From contig JBHGNT010000051.1 in assembly GCA_043228905.1 (NCBI GenBank), positions 62,001-126,000 of the forward strand: DNA of 64,000 bases, read 5' to 3'. Position 1 is the first letter of the stretch. Each line of letters opens with the position of its first letter. Source of the DNA: Azolla caroliniana. Taxonomy: Eukaryota > Plantae > Polypodiophyta. Position numbers and translations under genes: made by a program. The notes beneath the pieces were generated by a model. It was not told the DNA's origin, ran no database searches, and saw only the letters and a program-made list of their open reading frames with translations. Shown here piece by piece: positions 33,151 to 47,689 of this stretch.

Positions 33151-36100
33151 CCATAGCTGGCACAACTAACTGTGAATTGCAAAACCATGATTTTGAAACT
33201 CAGGTGGAGAGCAAAGTTGAGGAGGGCATAGCCAAGAGCGTGTGAGTAAATGAAAATGTTCATACCTGGCTCGTCTGATATCAGATTTTTGTGTTCAAAC
33301 ATGCGAAACAAAGCTACCTACACACTCTATAATATGGAATTCAAAAATCATGATTTTAAAACTCAGGTCGAGAGACATGAACAGAAAAGCAAAGTTGAAA
33401 AGGGCGTAGACAACAGTGCATGAGTAAATGAAAATGTTCATACCTGGCTCGTGTGATATAGGATTTTTGTGTTCAAACATGTAAATCGAAGCTAACACAG
33501 CTAACTATGATATAGAATTGCAAAACCATGATTTTGAAACTCAGGTCGAGAGACATAAATAAAGAAACAAAGTTGAGGAGGGTGTAGCCAAGACCACGGG
33601 AATAAATGAAAACGTTAATATCTGCCTCGTGTGATATCAGATTTTTGTGTTCAAACATGCGAATCGAAGCTAACAAAGCTAACTATAAAATAGAATTGGA
33701 AAATCAAGATTCTGAAACTCAGATCGAGAGACCTAAAGGAAAACGCAAAGTTGAGGAGGGCATAGACAAGGCAGCGTGAGTAAATGAAAATATTCATACT
33801 TGCCTTGTGTAATATCTGATTTTTGTGTTCAAACATGCACATTGAAACTAACACAGCTAACTCTGATAGAGAAGTAGTAAATCATGATTTTGAAACTCAG
33901 GTCGAGAGACATGAAGAAAAAAGAAAAGTTGAGGAGGGCGTAGAAAACAGCGCGGGAATAAATGAAAATGTGGCTCGTCTGATATCGGATATTTGTGTTC
34001 AAACATGCGAATCGAAGCTAACAAAGCTAACTATGATATAGAATTGGAAATACATGATTTTGATGCTCAGGTCGAGAGACATGAAGGAAAAAGCAAAGTT
34101 GAGAAGGGTGTAGACCAAAGCGAGGGATTAAATGAAAATGTTCAAACCTGGTTCGTTTGAAATCGGATTTTTGTGTTCAAGCATACGAATCGAAGCTAAT
34201 TACGAACTCATTAATATAGAATTGAAAAATGATGATTTTGAAACTCAGGTCAAGAGATATGAAGAAATAACCAATGTTGAGGAGGGCGTAGAAAAGAGCA
34301 GGTGAGTAAATGAAAATGTTCATACCTGGCTCATGTGCTATCAGATTTTTGTGTTCAAACATGAGAATTGAAGCAAACTACGATGTCATTGAAATGGAAT
34401 TGAAAAATCATTATTTTGAAACTCAGGTCAAGAGAAATGAAGAAAAAAGCAAACTTGAGGAGGATGTAGACAAGAGCACGTGAGTAAATGAAAATGTTAA
34501 TACCTGGTGCGTGTGATATTCTATTTTTGTGTTCAAACATGCAAATTGAAGCTAACACAACTAACTATGATATAGAATTGCGAAACCATGATTTTGAAAC
34601 TCAGGTCTACAGACATGAAGAGAAAAGCAAAGTTGAGGAGGGTGTAGCCAAGGCCGTGTGAGTAAATGAAAATATTCATACCTACCACAGTTAAAACATG
34701 AGAATCGTAGCTAACACAATTAACTATGATATAGAATTGCAAAACCATGATTTTGAAACTTAGGTCGTGAGACATGAAGAGAAAAGCTAAGTTGAGGAGG
34801 GTGTACCCAATTTTATATCATGATTTATCAATTCTATATCATGATTTACCAAAGTTGAGGAGTGCGTAGCCAAGAGCGCGTGAGTAAATGAAAATGTTCA
34901 TATTTGGCGTGTGACAAGAGCGTGGGAGTAAATGAAAATGTTTATACCTGGCTCGTCTGATATCGGATTTTTGTGTTCAAACATGCGAATTGAAGCTAAC
35001 TACGCTATCTATGATATGGAATTGAAAAATCATGATTTTGAAAGTAAGGTTGAGAGACATAAAGAAAAAAGCGCGTGAGTAAACGAAAATGTTCATATCT
35101 AGCGTACGTGATATCGGATTTTTGTGTTCAAACATGCGAATCGAAGCTAACACAGCTAACTAGGATATAGACTTGCAAAACCACAATTTTGAAACTCAGG
35201 TCGAGAGAAATGAAGAAAAAAGAAAACTTGAGGAGGGTGGAGACAAGAGCGCAGGAGTAAATGAAAATGTTCATACCTGGTGTGTGTGATATTCGATTCT
35301 TGCGTTCAAACATGCGAATCGAAATTAACAAAGCTAACTATGATATAGAATTGCAAAACCATGATTTTGAAACTCAGGTCGAGAGACATGAAGATCAAAG
35401 CAAAGTTGAGGAGGGTTTTACCAAGGCCGAGTGAGTAAATGAAAATATTCATACCTACCTCGTGTGATATCGCATTTTTGTGTTCAAACATGCGAATCAA
35501 CGCGAACAAAGCTAACTATGATATAGAATTGGGAAATCATGATTTTGAAACTCAAGTCGAGAGACATGAAGATAAAAGCAAAGTTGAGGAGGGTGTAGCC
35601 AAGGCCGAGTGAGTAAATGAACATATTCATACCTGCCTCGTGTGATATCTCAATTTTGTGTTCAAACATGCGAATCGACGCGAACAAAACTAACTATGAT
35701 ATAGAATTGGGAAATCATGATTTTGAAACTCAAGTCGAGAGACATGAAGGAAAAAGCAAAGTTGAGGAGGGCGTAGGCAAGAGTGTGAGAGTAAACGAAA
35801 ATGTTCATACCTAGCTCGTCTGATATCAGATTTTTGTGTTCAAATATGCGAAAAGAAGCTAACTACGCACTCTATTATATGAAACTCAGATCGAGAGACA
35901 TGAAGAAAAAACCAAATTTGAGGAGGGTGTAGACAAGAGTGTGTGAGTAAATGAAAATGTTCATATCTGGCGTGTGTGATATCGAATTTTTGTGTTCAAA
36001 CATGCGAATCAAAGCTAACAAAGCTAACTATAATATAGCGTTGGGAAATCATGATTTTGAAACTCAGGTCGAGAGACATGAAGATGAAAGCCAAGGTGAG

Positions 36101-37525
36101 GAGGGTGTAGCCAAGAGCTCGTGAGTAAACGAAAATGTTTATACCTGCCTCGTGCGAATCAGATTTTTGTGTTCAAACATGCGTATCGAAATAAACACAG
36201 CTAACTATGATATAGAATTGGTAAATCATGATTTTGAAACTCAGGACGAGAGACATGAAGAAAATAGCAAAGTTGAGGAGGGTGTAGCCAAGAGTGCGTG
36301 AGTAAATTAAATATTGATACCTGCCTCGTGTGATATCAGATATTTGTGTTCAAACATGCGAATCAAAGCTAACAAAGCTAACTATGAAATAGAATTTGGA
36401 AATCAAGATTCTGAAACTCAGGTCGAAAGTCCTGAAGGAAAAAGAAAAGTTGAAAAAGGCGTAGATAAAGCCAAGTGAGTAAATGAAAATATTCCTACAT
36501 GCCTCATGTGATATCATATGTTTGTGTTCAAACATACCAATTGTAGCTAAAAAAGCTAACTATAATATAGAAGTGGTAAATGATGATTTAGAAACTCAAG
36601 TCGAGAAACATGAAGAAAAAAGCAAAGTTGAGGAGGGCGTAGACAAAAGCGCGTGAGTAGATGAAAATATTCATATCTCGCGTGTGTGATATCGGATTTT
36701 TGTGTTCAAATATGCGAATCAAAGCTAACAAAGCTACCCATGATATAGAGTTGGGAAATCATGATTTTGAAACTCAGGTCGAGAGACATGAACAAAAAGG
36801 CAAAGTTGAGGAGGGCGTATACAAGAGCGCGGGAGTAAATGAAAATGTTCATACCTGGCTTGGCTTATATTGGATTTTTGTGTTCAAACATGCGAATAGA
36901 AGCTAACACAACCAACTATGATAAAGAGTTGCAAAACCATGATTTTAAAACTCAGGACAAGAGACATACAGAAAAAGTAAAAGCTCATGAGCGTGTAGCA
37001 AAGAGCGCATGAGTAAATGAAAATGTTCATACCTGCCTCGTGTGATATCAGATATTTGTGTTCAAACATGTGAATCGAAGCTAACAAAGCTAACTATGAA
37101 ATAGAATTTGGAAATCAAGATTTTGAAACTCAGGTCGAATGTCCTGAAGGAAGAAGCAAAGTTTTAGAGGGCGTGGACAAGTCCGAGTGAGTAAATGAAA
37201 ATTTCCTACATTCCTCGTGTGATATCAGATTTTTTTGTTCAAAAACGCGAATCGAAGCTAACAAAGCTAACTATGATATAGAACTGGTAAATCATGATTT
37301 GGAAACTCAGGTCGAGAGACATGAAGAAAAAAGCAACGTTGAGGATTTTTGTGTTCAAACATGCGAATCGAAGCTACCTACACCCTCTACAATATGAAAT
37401 AAAAAATCCTGATTTGCAAAATCAGGTCGAAATACATGAACAGAAAAGCAAAGTTGAGGAGGACATAACCAAGAGCTCGTGAGAAAATGAAAATGTTTAT
37501 ACTTGACTTGTGTGATATCGGAGTT
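33151..37525 (+). repeat. Satellite subfamily B, 178-bp monomers
   Basis: 178-bp period (33295/33473/33651; 35128/35306/35484); AAAGTTGAGGAGGG lacks the 11-bp TGCCACACTTG. Confidence 0.95.
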
Positions 37526-40362
37526 TATGAGGATTTCATAACCTTTTTTATTAATGTGGTTGCTCTTGGTTGCCCCTGCTTGACTTCTACCACAACTTTA
37601 CATTTTCCTTCATGTCTCTTGACTTAAAATTTGAAAACGTAGATTTTATTAGCATATATCATAGCCTACGTCATTGACTTTGATTCAACTATTTGATCTC
37701 TGAAATCGGATATGACATGAAGATGCCACCACCGTTTTGGTTCATGTGGTGGCTATTGTTTGCCCCTACTTGACTTTTACCACAACTTTACATTTTCCTT
37801 CATGCCTCTTGGCTTGACTATCAATAATTAGATTTTATTACCACATATCATAGCCTACTTCATTGGCTTCATTTCACGTATTTGATCTCTGAGATACGAT
37901 ATCATATGAGGACACCATGATCTTTTTAATTGATGTGGTGGCCCTTTGTTTGCCCCTGCTTGACTTCTAACACAACTTTACATTTTTCTTCATATCTCTT
38001 GTCTTGAATTTCAAAAGTTACATTTTATTACCTCATATCATAGACTACGTCGTTGGCTTCGATTCAATTATTTGAACTCTGAAATACGATATCATCTCAC
38101 GACACCATGACGTTTCTTATCCAGGTGGTCGCTCTTGTTTGCCCCTCCTTGACTTCTATGACAACAATACATTTTCCTTCATGTCTCTTGGCTTAGATTT
38201 ACCTATTTGAACTCTGAAATCCGATATCATATGAGGAAGCCATGGCCTTTTTTATTCATGTGGTGGCTCTTGCTTGTTTCTACATGACTTCTACCAAAAC
38301 ATCACATTTTCCTTCATGTCTCTGAACTTGAAATTGAAAACTTAGATTTTATTAGCACATATCATGGCCTACATCGTTTTCTTCGATTCAATTATTAGAA
38401 CTCGGTTATCCAATATCATATGTGGAAACCATGACCTTTTTGATTCATGTGGTCACTCTTGTTTGCCCCTGTTTGACTTCTACCACAACATTACATTTTC
38501 CTTCATTTCTCTTGGCTTGAAATTCAGAACTTTGATTTTATTAGCACATATCATAGCCTACGTTGTTGGCTTCGATCCAACTATTTGAACTCTGAAAGCC
38601 AATATCATATGAGAATGCCATGACCTATTTAATTGATGTGGTGGCTCTTGTTTGCCCTTGCTTGACGTCTACCACAACGTTACATTTCCCTTCATGTCTC
38701 TTGGCTTTAATTTCAAAAGTTAGTTATTATTAGCACATATCATAAACTACGTAGTTGGCTTCGATTCAAGTATTTGATCTTTGAAATCCAATATCATATG
38801 AGGCTGCCATTGCCTATTAAATTGATGTGGTGCCTCTTGTTTGCGTCTACATGACTTCTACCACAACTTTACATTTTCCTTCATGTGTCTTGGCTTAAAT
38901 TTCAAAACTTAGATTTTCTTACCTCCTATCATAGACTACGGCGTTGGCTTTGATTCAACTAATTGAACTATAAAATCCGATATCATATGAGGACGCCATA
39001 ACCTTTTTTATTCATGTGTTGGCTCTTGTTTGCACCTCCTTGACTTCTACCACAACTTTATATTTTCCTTCATGTCTCTTGGCTTGAATATCAAAACATA
39101 GATTTTATTATCTCATATCATAGCCTACGTCGTTGGCTTCAAATCAACTATTTGAACTCTGAAATCCGATATCATATGAGGAAGCCATGACCGTTTTTAT
39201 TCATGTGGTGGCTCTTGTTTGTCTCTACATGACTTCTACCACAACTTTACATTTTCCTTTATGTCTTTGGGCTTGAAATTCAAAACTTAGATTTTAGGAG
39301 CTCAACTTCATGTGGTGGATCTTGTTTGCCCCTACACAACTTTACATTTTTCTTCATGTGTCTTGGCTTGAATTTCAAAACTTAGATTTTATTTGCACAT
39401 ATCATAGCCTACGTCATTGGCTTCAATTCAACTTCTTTGATCTCAGAAATCGGATATTACATGAGGACACCACGACCTTTTTAATTCATGTGGTGGTTCT
39501 TGTTTGCCCCTACTTGACGTTTACTACAACTTTATATTTTCCTTCATGTCTCTTGGCTTGAATTTTAAAACTTAGATTTTATTAGCACATAGCATAGCCT
39601 ATGTCGTTGGCTTCTATTCAAGTATTTGATCTTTGTGACCCAATATCATATGAGGACGCCATGATCTTTTTAATTGATGTGGTGACTCTTTGTTTGCCCC
39701 TGCTTGACTTCTACTACAACTTTACATTTTCCTTAATGTCTCTTGGCTTGAATTTCAAAACTTAGATCTTATTACCTCATATCATAGACTACGTCGTTGG
39801 CTTCGATTCAACTATTTGAACTTTGAAATCCGATATCATATCAGGACGTCATGACCTTTGTGATTCATGTGGTGGCTCTTGGTTGCCTCTGCTTGACTTC
39901 TACTACAACATTACAATTTCCTTCATGTCTCTTGGCTTGAATTTGGAAACTTAGATTTTATTGGCTCATATCATAGCCTACATTGTTGGCTTCGGTTCAA
40001 TTATTGGAACTCGGAAATCCGATATCATATGAGGACGCCATGACCTTTTTGATTCATGTGGTGGCTCTTGTTTGGCTCTACATGACTTCTACGACAACCT
40101 TAGATTTTTCTTCAGGTCTCTTGGCTTGAATTTCAAAACTTAGATTTTATTAGCTCATATCGTAGCCGACGTCGTTGGCTTCGATTCAACTATTGGAACT
40201 TGGTAATCTGATATTATATGAGGGTGCCATGACCTTTTTGATTCATGTGGTGGCTCTTGTGTGCCATTTACATGACCGTTACCTCAACTTTACATTTTCC
40301 TTCATGTCTCTTGGCTTGAATTTCAAAACTTAGATTTTATTAGCTCATATCATAGCTTATGT
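37526..40362 (-). repeat. Satellite subfamily C, ~189-bp monomers, inverted and diverged relative to A/B
   Basis: Markers at 37611, 37801, 37991 and 38180; reverse complement is colinear with A (CTATGATAT...TTTTGAAA...GAGACATGAAG...AAAGTTGTG...ACAAGAGC...GATATCGGATT...GAATCGAAGC). Confidence 0.9.
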
Positions 40363-43300
40363 TGTCGTGTTGTTCAGTGTTGGATCATTGCACGAGTCGG
40401 GTGGGAACCGCTGAAGTTTTGGACTAGGAGAAAGAAGAATATGAGATAAGTTTCATCTCGAATAGATTGCAAGATGGAGATATGAAACTTTTGAATCCCA
40501 CGAGTATAGTGTATTAATTGATAGCTAGAAAATAAGAGAGAATTAGATGGCAAAGTCGTGAATCCCTCGAATATTTTGTATTAATCAACCCTTATAAAAA
40601 ATCAACAACCATATACATCTTTTCTCTCTTCCTGATATAGTGATAGAAGAGGCTAAGCATAGGATTATGCTTTTTCCTAAAGTGTTCATGCACACTAGAT
40701 TTGCATGAGTTGTCTTTTTAAACCATGCTTTTTTATTTCCTAAATATAGTGCTCATGCACACTAGATGTGCATGAGTAATTGGCTTGCGTTTTACTTCCA
40801 GATAAAGTTTTCACACACTCTAAAAGTGCATGATTTACTTTTTTGTAAAAATAGGCGTAAATATAAGTCTTATACCTATTAAATCTATATATATATCACT
40901 TATGATAAGCTAGTACAATTGTAAAGTTTGGGTTTGTTTACCTGGATGTACAAGGTTCGAATCTTGCCTTATGCATGTAACAATATTTTCTTTTATTTAT
41001 TTTTGCGTACACTTTTAGATTGAAAGAGAAGGATACAGAAACCTCGTGAATCCCACGAGTATAGTTTATTTCGTGAATCCCACGAATATAGTTTATTAAT
41101 TGGTGTTTTTTAGATATATATCCAAGTTCCAAATATTCCACCCCCTTATTACATTGTGCTCCCCGTCCTTATATAGTGATGAGAGAATCTTTGCAGTCCA
41201 TGCTTTTTCTTTAATTATGCCTTCCATGCTTTTTCTATCAATGTTTTCTCTAACATGCTTTTTCTAACGTCATGCGCTTTTTATCGACTATAGTGTTCAT
41301 GCACGCTAGATGTGCATGTGTAGCTTTGTTGAGACACAAGCTCAACATTCGTGCGTAATACGATGCGTAACCTAGTGCGTAGACTAGGTGCGTAAATCGG
41401 TACGCATAACATGGCCGTATCCGCGTGAAAACCGCGAGGCCGTTGAGAAGATATTCCTCGTAAGGAATAATTTTGGGAGTTAGTGTAGTCGGCTCATTTA
41501 TGAGCATTCAAGTATGGTCAGTATTTGTGTCAGCCCGATAGTCAGGGCTTGTATATAAGGTGCTCACTGACCACAGTGTATGTACAGAGCATTAGTTTTG
41601 AAATTGAGTTTCTGTTATCTGCTCACTCTGTCTCTCTCTCTCCATATCCATCTCTGCGTTTTCTGTGTTTTACCGAACTGTCTTATTCTCCCGAACTGTG
41701 CAGTCTGTGTCTTATGCACACGCTTCCGCACAACATATTCTTTTACATGGTATCAAAGCGAGGTTGACATCCTCTACAGCCAACAAGAAAAGTTTGTGAC
41801 AAAACAGAGTTGAAGTTGTTCGTTTTCGGAGAAGAAAAAGACAGTATTATGAACAGAGGAATGGGAAGCTCACTTCCGACTGAAAAGCTTGATAGAAGCA
41901 ACTAAGCATCTTGGTCTTACAAGATGCACCAGTACCTGCTCGTTCATGGCTATTGGACTTATGTCGAAGGAGCAAACGATGTGACACCTGACTCGACACA
42001 CAAGGACTATCCGGCTTGGGAACAAGCGGCAAGCAGAGTGTTGTACTGCTTCGCGTCCTGTGTGAGCGATCAGCTTTTGAGCTATAGTCGGGATGCCAAG
42101 ATGCCGAAGGACGCGTGGGCGAATATCAAAAGGATTTTGGCCGCCACCACAATGGCCAAAAAGTTGCAGCTCAGACAGGAGCTCAACAATGTACGACAAA
42201 CAGATATGTCGATGGCTGATTACACCACCAAGATCAAAGAAATCTGCAATTCTCTCGCCTCCGTCAACGTGAACATCGAGGAAGATGAAATGGTGCAGGT
42301 TTGTCTTGGTGGCTTGGCGTCAAAGTTCGGACCCTTCCGAAGGGCAGTTTGTAGAGGGAGAATACGCCTTCGTTTTTCAAGCTTCAATCAATGTTGCTCA
42401 TAGAAGAAAACCACGTGGGTGCGTCGACGAGTGCGCACACCAATGGCAAAGATGCTTTACACGGAGGATCATAGGCCCTGTGGTCATGGTGGACGAGGTA
42501 GATCGGCGTGCAATGGAGGCGGCCGAAAAGAGCAGAATGTACAGCATAATCGAGATGCTGGAAGCAATTTCGCACCCTCCGCAAGCAAGGGGAGTCATGG
42601 CGGCGCCAGAAGATGACAAGAGAAGGACGCCTCGGATTGCTAGTGCTATGGCAAGAAAGGCCACAAGGAGAGTGAGTGTTGGTAAAAGAAGGCTGATTCG
42701 GACAAAGCCGGATCAAGTGGAAGGGACGCAGAGAGGCGTCAGAAATCGCACTACATAGAAGGCTCCGAATGAGCCGGAAATGGAGCTAGCCCCGCCTTCG
42801 TAATGAAGCATAAGGCCAATTCTATGCCCGTGAACACCTCGAAATCGAGCGAGGTGTGGTATGTTGATTCCGGAGCGTCAAATCATATGACGAGTCACGA
42901 GGAATGGTTCTTGTACTTGGAGAAACCGGAATATCAAGGAGTGGTCGTAACGGGAGACGACACTCCGCATACCATTGAACATGTTGGCGAAGTTCCCCTT
43001 AGCCACGTCGGGCAGAAAGGGAAACTAATGAACGTGTTGCACGTCCCCACAATAACAAAGAGCTTGGTGTTGGTCAGTCAGATCGTCGACCAAGGGATGC
43101 AGGTTCGATTCACGCATCTTGGCTGCTTCATTGAAGAAGAAGGTAAAGTGATCGCACAAGGGCGTCGTGAAGGGAGGACACTAATCAAGCCGGAACCGCG
43201 TTGTACGCAAAAGAGCAGAAGGTTGAGTCGGACATCGACCTGTGGCATAAGCGGTTCGGCCATATTAACTTCCCACGGCTTCGTGAAATGCAGACGAAGA

Positions 43301-46300
43301 ACATTGTTTTCGGCTTGCTGAAATTTCGAGGCCGGAATGGCCAAGTCTACGAAGCCAGTCAGATGGGAAAACAACACCGACTTCCATTCCCCAATGAGCG
43401 TAATCGTAGTCGAAATCCGCTGGATTTGATCCATTCGGATGTGTGGGGACCGGCACAGAGCGTGAGTCTCGGTGGAAGCCGTTACTTTGTAACCTTCATT
43501 GACGACTTCGCTCAGCACACGTGGGCATGCATGTTCGCGAAGAAGAGCGAAGTCTTCACATGTTTCTTGGAGGTGAAGAGCCTCGCGGAAAGGGAAACTG
43601 GGCGCACGATCAAATGCCTATGGTCCGATGGCGGGAAGGAATACTTCTCCATCAGTTCACTTGTTATCCACGGAAGGAGGGAATTTGACACAAATCCTCG
43701 TGTAGATATATACCAGAGCAGAACGGCGTAGCCAAGCGGAAAATTTGGACGATTGAAGAAGCGGCCAGGGCAATGCTTGAAGAGAAGCATATGCCAAAAT
43801 TTTATTGGGCCGAAAGCCATGAAGACGGCTGCCTACTTGCAGAATTGGACTTCTGCTAATGGAGGAGTGTCACCACATGAGTTGTATTTCGGGAAGAAGC
43901 CTAACTTGGCACACTTGAGGATTTTCGGCAGCATTGCGTATGTGCACGTGCCAAAGGAGAATCGGAGGAAGTTGTACGTGAAAGCCGATAAGTGTATCTT
44001 GGTCGGCTATTCGGACAAGCAGAAGGGTTATAAGTGTTATAAGCCACGCACCAAACAAGTACGCGTAAGCCGCGATGTCATATTTGACTAGTCCGCTTCG
44101 TGGTACTTGCCTTCTCCTCCAGAACCTCATGACTCCATTCCGATTTCTAAAGACAAAATTAGCGAGGCTGAAATGCCTCCACATGATGAGGACATCGGAG
44201 CTCTGAGAGAGTCCGATCTCATTTCCGCTAAGCAGGCCGAATGAGGGGTTGGGCTGAGATGGCCAACCAGATGATGAGACGGCGAGTAGTGGAGACTCGG
44301 TCGTAATGTCCCCGCGTAAGGAACTGAGGAGACGGTTTACGAGCAAGGAGAAGGGCAAGAAGAAGACGCTGGAATACGCGAAGATGACTACCGTGCGATT
44401 CCTACTAGCCGTAGCCACGGCAAAGGGGTGGCACTTACATCAGATGGATGTAAGGAATGCGTTCCTACAAGGCGATCTTGAGGAATAGGTGTACATGGTA
44501 CGGCCCCCTGGATTTCTATCCGAACAAAACACCTCGGCCGTTTGCTGATTTAAGAAATCCTTATACTGTCTAAAGCAAGCCCCGCGAGCTTGGAACACAA
44601 AGATTACGCAACAGTTGCGTAGGATGGGGTTTGCGCCATCGAAATCAGACTCTTCTCTATTTGTTCGGCAAGGACAATATGGACCGGTCATCCTGCTCTT
44701 GTACGTTGATGATTTAGTCATCGTCGGTGTTGACCTTGTCGAAATCCGCCATGTGAAGTCTTAGCTTGCGGCATCGTTTGAAATGAAGGATCTCGGAGAC
44801 CTTCATTACTTCCTCGGGATCGAACTGATCCGTACCCCCGAAGACATATTGATCAGCCAACGTCACTACACGCTAAATATGCTCTTCAAGTTCAGGATGG
44901 CAAACTGTAAGCCCATCTCGACCCCTCTATATAGAAACCTGAAGCTTCGCCCAGATTCGGGCAAGGCGTGCGACCCGACACGGTTCCGACAGATTGTCAG
45001 AAGCCTTATCTATCTGACGATTACTCGGCCGGATCTTAGTTATCCAATTGGCCTAAACAGTCAATTCATGTCACAGCCTAAGGCCGAATAGTTTCAGTGC
45101 GTGCAACAGATACTGCGTTATGTCAGCGGCACGGAAGACATGGCGTAGTTTTATCAGGCAGGCATAGCCGAACAGTTAGTCGGCTACACGGATGTCGATT
45201 GGGCCGGAAATGCCCACGATCGTCGATCCACATCTGGATACGCATTCTCATTGGGTAGTGCGGCGATCGCATGGAGCAGCAAAAAGCAGCCGACAGTAGC
45301 ACCGTCGAGCACGGAGACTGAATATCGAGGGACGACTGTCGCTACATGCGAAGTCATTTGGCTAAAATGGCTATTACAGGATCTGCATGTAGAGGTGTCT
45401 GATCCGACGACGATCCATTGTGACAACCTTAGCAGCATCCACCATGCGAAAAACCCCGTGTTCCACGCCCGGACCAAGCACATTGAGGTGCATTACCATT
45501 TTGTTCGCGAGCAGGTCCATTCAGGTGAAGTCGAATTGGTGCATGTTTCGACTAGTCGGCAGAGTGCCGACATCTTCACAAAGCCTCTTGGCCTCGAAAA
45601 GTTACGAGATTTCTCGGGTGCGTTTGGGTTGCGTCACCTTGACACGCTGAACTTGAGGGGGAGAAAGGAAGAACAGGGACAAGAGCGTGAAAAGAGCGGA
45701 GTTGTTCATCATGGCGGAAGTGACCGTGATGAGGAATCGGATGAGGACTTCGATTTCGAACCGGCTGAGGAAGCCGAAGGAAGAAGCAAGGGTCGTAATC
45801 ATAGGAAAGAGCCGAAGTGAGCTAGATTTGGGGGAGATGAAGCCATCACGGCCGAGTAGACCGAAGACGAGTTGGAGACAGCCAACTCGGACGAAAGCGA
45901 AAACCGATCGGAGGAAGCCCAGTCGGTTTGGATGTTTGATTCGGATACGCTGAATCAACCAAGGGCCACGAGGAAGAGAAGGCAGCAAAAGAGGCGCCAA
46001 CACCGCAACAGCAAGGAAGCTGTGAAGGGCTGTGTGAGCAGACAAGCCGACCGAAAGGGTTCATGCGCGCGGAACCAAACAAGTCGAGGAGCGCGAGCGA
46101 GGCGTGGAGCCAGGAGAAGCCGGAGCGTAGATTCGGCGGAGCAGGTGGAACCTCAAGTTGAGGTTGAGGAGGAGTGTTGAGAGACAAGCTCAACATTCAT
46201 GCGTAATACGATGCGTAACCTAGTGCGTAGACTGGGTGCGTAAATCGGTACTCATAACATGGCCGTATCCGCATGAAAACCGTGAGGCCGTTGAGAAGAT

Positions 46301-47685
46301 ATTCCTCGTAAGGAATAATTTTGGGAGTTAGTGTAGTCGGCTCATTTATGAGCATTCAAGTACTGTCAGTACTTGTGTCGGCCCGATAGTCAGGGCTTGC
46401 ATAAAAGGTGCTCACTGAGCACGGTGTATGTACAAAGCATTAGTTTTGAAATTGATTTTCTGTTATCTGCTCACTCTATCTCTCCCCCTCCATATCCATC
46501 TCTGCGTTTTCTGTGTTGTACCGAACTGTCTTATTCTCCCGAACTGTGTACTCTGTGTCTTACGCACACGCTTCCGCACAACGTATTCTCTTACAAGCCT
46601 TTTCTTTTATCATGCGTTTTCGTAAAGTTTATCCTAGCGTGAACTTACCTTTCTATGTGGGACATCTACTTTTTGACACTAATGATATGTCAGTTTAATG
46701 GTAAGGCTTTACATTATTAACATGGAGGTACAAGGTTTGAATCTTGCTCTAGGCATGTAGTATATATATTTTATATTTTCCTTGTTTTCTTCATATTTAT
46801 TAAATTGGGTACTTTATACATTTTTCACATAGTGTACGAAATACACTATGACACTCGCTCCCTCGAACCCGCACATCCTCCGGTATGTGCCGAAATTTCT
46901 GGGGCTCGTAATTCTCCTTTACCCATAGTACCCTCTATTTCTCTCGCTATGTCAACTTTGTCTCTCCATTTTGAGCACATCCATTCTTTCCACCCGAACC
47001 ATTGTCGCCATCCGATCCACCATATTCTTTGTTCACTCTTTGCATGGTCACAACCGGTTGTCATGACTCCTTGTGCTCCTCTTGAGCATAACCCTTCATG
47101 TCTTGTGCATGTGCTTCCTTCGTTTTGACCGTCTCCTTGGTCAAGACACTTCGCACTTCGTCCACCTTCTTCGTACAATCTCATATTAGAGTTGACAATC
47201 TTCATATTAGTGCCCTCCATCTTTGATGAGATCTCATCCTCGGTAACACCCTTCAAATCCTCTTGGCCCACCTGGTCCTTTCTATCTGTGGTAGTGTCTT
47301 TTCTTGGCCTCTTCCTTGTCTTCATCAATCTCGACTTCTTTCCTCATCAGTCTCGTCCGATTGGCTTTCGGTTGGATCGGCTTCCGATCGGATTCGTATT
47401 CAGCCAAATCGAACTCGGTTGATCGGTTTTCACCGAGTCGACCCTCTTCGGGTCGGCTTTCTTTCGGATCGGAATTCCGCTCGAGTTGGCTTCCATTCAG
47501 AACGGAATACTGACCAAATTGTCTTCCATCTAGATTGTCTTTCGGTTCTTCCATTCTTTCCATTTTCTTCCTCTTCATCAAACTCTACCTCGCCTCCACC
47601 TTCCATCTCTCCGGTCTCATGTTGGCTCTCGTGCACAACAAACAAAATCTCCGGAACAAGTGTGGAGGAATCCCTATGTCTTTGA
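40363..47685 (-). mobile_element. Older relative of the tRNA-Trp element: 3' LTR (40363-46853, split by a copia) plus 3' internal part
   Basis: Starts TGTCGTG...GAGTCGGGTGGGAACCG, ends GAAATACACTATGACA, followed by sequence homologous to 17033-17940. Confidence 0.85.
41327..46595 (+). mobile_element. Full-length but degraded Ty1/copia element of a second family
   Basis: 421-bp LTRs 41327-41747 and 46175-46595 (~25 differences by eye); TSD AGCTT/AGCCT; PBS TGGTATCAAAGC at 41748; WYVDSGAS, IHSDVWGP, YVDD and RNase H motifs in broken frames. Confidence 0.93.
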
Positions 47686-47689
47686 TCAA

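Noticed and set aside
29170-39561. Many 60-115-aa ORFs (MFEHKN...SFKIMIFQF)
   Set aside because: They recur with the satellite period and are translations of the monomer.
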